Assembly: GCF_001194135.2 (NCBI RefSeq)
Contig: NC_068982.1
Location: 2,019,817 to 2,083,816 of the forward strand
Reading direction: 5' to 3'
Length of the DNA stretch: 64,000 nt
Source of the DNA: Octopus bimaculoides
Taxonomy: Eukaryota
Under the pieces are notes generated by a model, which ran no database searches, had not been told where the DNA came from, and saw only the letters and a list, made by a program, of their open reading frames with translations. The translations under genes and the position numbers were made by a program. Below, in pieces: positions 62,268-64,000 of this stretch. How positions within the stretch are numbered: the stretch's first letter is position 1; the number at the start of each line of letters is the position of its first letter.

Positions 62268-62809
62268 TATATGTATACGTATGCCAGTTATGTGGGGCAT
62301 TCGTGAGGCATATAAATATGTTCGCACAGCTTAATATCTTTTCACAAACCTGGGAGGAAACGTTCACTTCTCGCTGGTGTATATTTCATTGGGGGAAACA
62401 CGATGTCCGGACGTACTGTGTAAATATTCCATACAGATGGAATTTGGTATTTCTTTTGGTAACGCTCGATTTTAGCCAAATTATCGTTCGCCTCTTCATA
62501 TTTTACAGTTTACTTTTCAACACGGACTTTGATTTTTTTTTTGTATTAATTTCGGGATACAACTGACTTCGATGTTCCCTGAAGCACAGTGATCAATGAT
62601 TTGTAATCGATTACATTGCCATAATGGAGATTTGGTTTTTAAGAGCTGTAAGTCGGACTTAGCTGAAACGGTTTCTGGCTGGAATCGAACAAAATACTCA
62701 AAATACCGCAATACTTTTTCTTTGATGCACAGACTAATCCATTGACATAAACACATGCTTTATACATATGCATGCATGCATACATGTAGAATTATATACA
62801 TATATTAAA

Positions 62810-62845
<36 letters not shown>

Positions 62846-63684
62846 GAGCCTTTACACTCTCTTATAATCATATAATGACAGTTCTTTTAACTCTTAACAT
62901 AAATTTAGGCTGTTGAGGGCACACGTATCCATTCCCCTACCATGCTCCGCCTTGTTCCTCCACCATAATAATGAATGAATTTCTCTGTATGTTGTAGCTT
63001 AATTTACCATTATATACTCATTCTTGGTTTGTTTCACTTTAGTTTATTCTAGACCAACATTTGTCTACTTCTATTTAACGGAGACCCCTTAATTAGATTT
63101 ACTCATTTCACTATCCCCCTGCCCCGCACAACGAAATAATTATTTTACGATTCAATACTAACTTTCAATCCTACGCCCTCTTCTATTTATGTATTCGCTT
63201 GATCTTTGTTCTGCAGTTGGCACTTATCTACGTGCTATGAATATCGTTGTTATGTGTATTACTATATGCATGGGGGAACCAATTGTTGAAACTGGCAAAT
63301 GCATGTATTCATCTATGGGCTTATATAATATATATTATAATTGACTGGGTGTATACACATGTCTGTACTTGAGTGTATGGATGTTGTATGTGAGTGTACA
63401 GAGGTGTATATGTATATACATACGTATATTCATATGAGTGTGTGCATACGCATGTATGTGTATGTTGAATTATTGTGTTTATGAATGCATGAGCAAATTG
63501 TAGTTATATATATATAAAGCAAAAATAACGTAGATAGCGACGAGTACCAGCCAGATCTTGGTAATAACAATATTGATGATAATAATAATAATAATAGTAA
63601 AAGTAAAAACAAAAGCTATAAATTTAGGCTGAAATAATTTTGAGATCCATCAAAAAGCTGTGTCGTCGATAAAAGATATTCTTT

Positions 63685-63900
63685 TTTACTCTAGGCACAA
63701 GGCCCAAAATTTTGGGGAAGTACGGGCCAGTCGATTAGATTGTATCCAGTATGTAACTGGTACTTAATTTATCGACCCCGAAAGTATGAAAGGCAAAGTC
63801 GACCTCAGAGAAATTTGAACAAAGAACGTAAAGACAGACGAAATACCGCTAAGCTAAGCATTTTGCCCGGCGTGCTAACGTTTCTGCCAGTTTGCCACCT
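63685..63900 (-). mobile_element. SINE family E, full length
   Basis: tactctaggcacaaggccc..ggtacttaatttatcgaccccgaaag..gcccggcgtgctaacgtttctgccag. Confidence 0.9.
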
Positions 63901-64000
63901 TTCGTCGATAAAACATATTATAAACAAACAATCTGCGGATAGTTTTTTTCAGTGATGCATGATAAAGGAGTTTGATTGCAACATCGAACCTGATTTATCA

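Overview
AT-rich, microsatellite-dense eukaryotic DNA with seven N gaps. The SINE families and repeat landscape match my recollection of octopus (coleoid cephalopod) genomes; this is an inference, not a search result. No intact protein-coding gene can be supported. The window looks like intronic or intergenic sequence filled with decayed transposons: maT/Tc1-like and mariner transposases, CR1, RTE, Tx1/L1, R4/Dong and CRE retrotransposon fragments, a 655-bp TIR element with an 8-bp TSD, and about 30 copies of four tRNA-headed SINE families (labelled A, C, D, E here). The main signal is a set of minimal type I hammerhead ribozyme (HHR) motifs. SINE family A (six copies) combines a Pol III tRNA-like head with an HHR whose stem III is palindromic. 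One copy (11336-11381, minus strand) has an intact core. Four copies sit in two head-to-head fold-back dimers, and one dimer is flanked by a 14-bp target-site duplication, suggesting a Penelope-mobilised, retrozyme-like SINE. Two unrelated HHRs lie at 36029-36074 (complete, followed by poly-A) and 30860-30913. Other points of interest are a near-perfect 450-bp inverted repeat, a candidate recursive splice site/RS-exon at 34651-34701, and Dong fragments associated with (TAA)n. Repeat boundaries were read by eye and are approximate.
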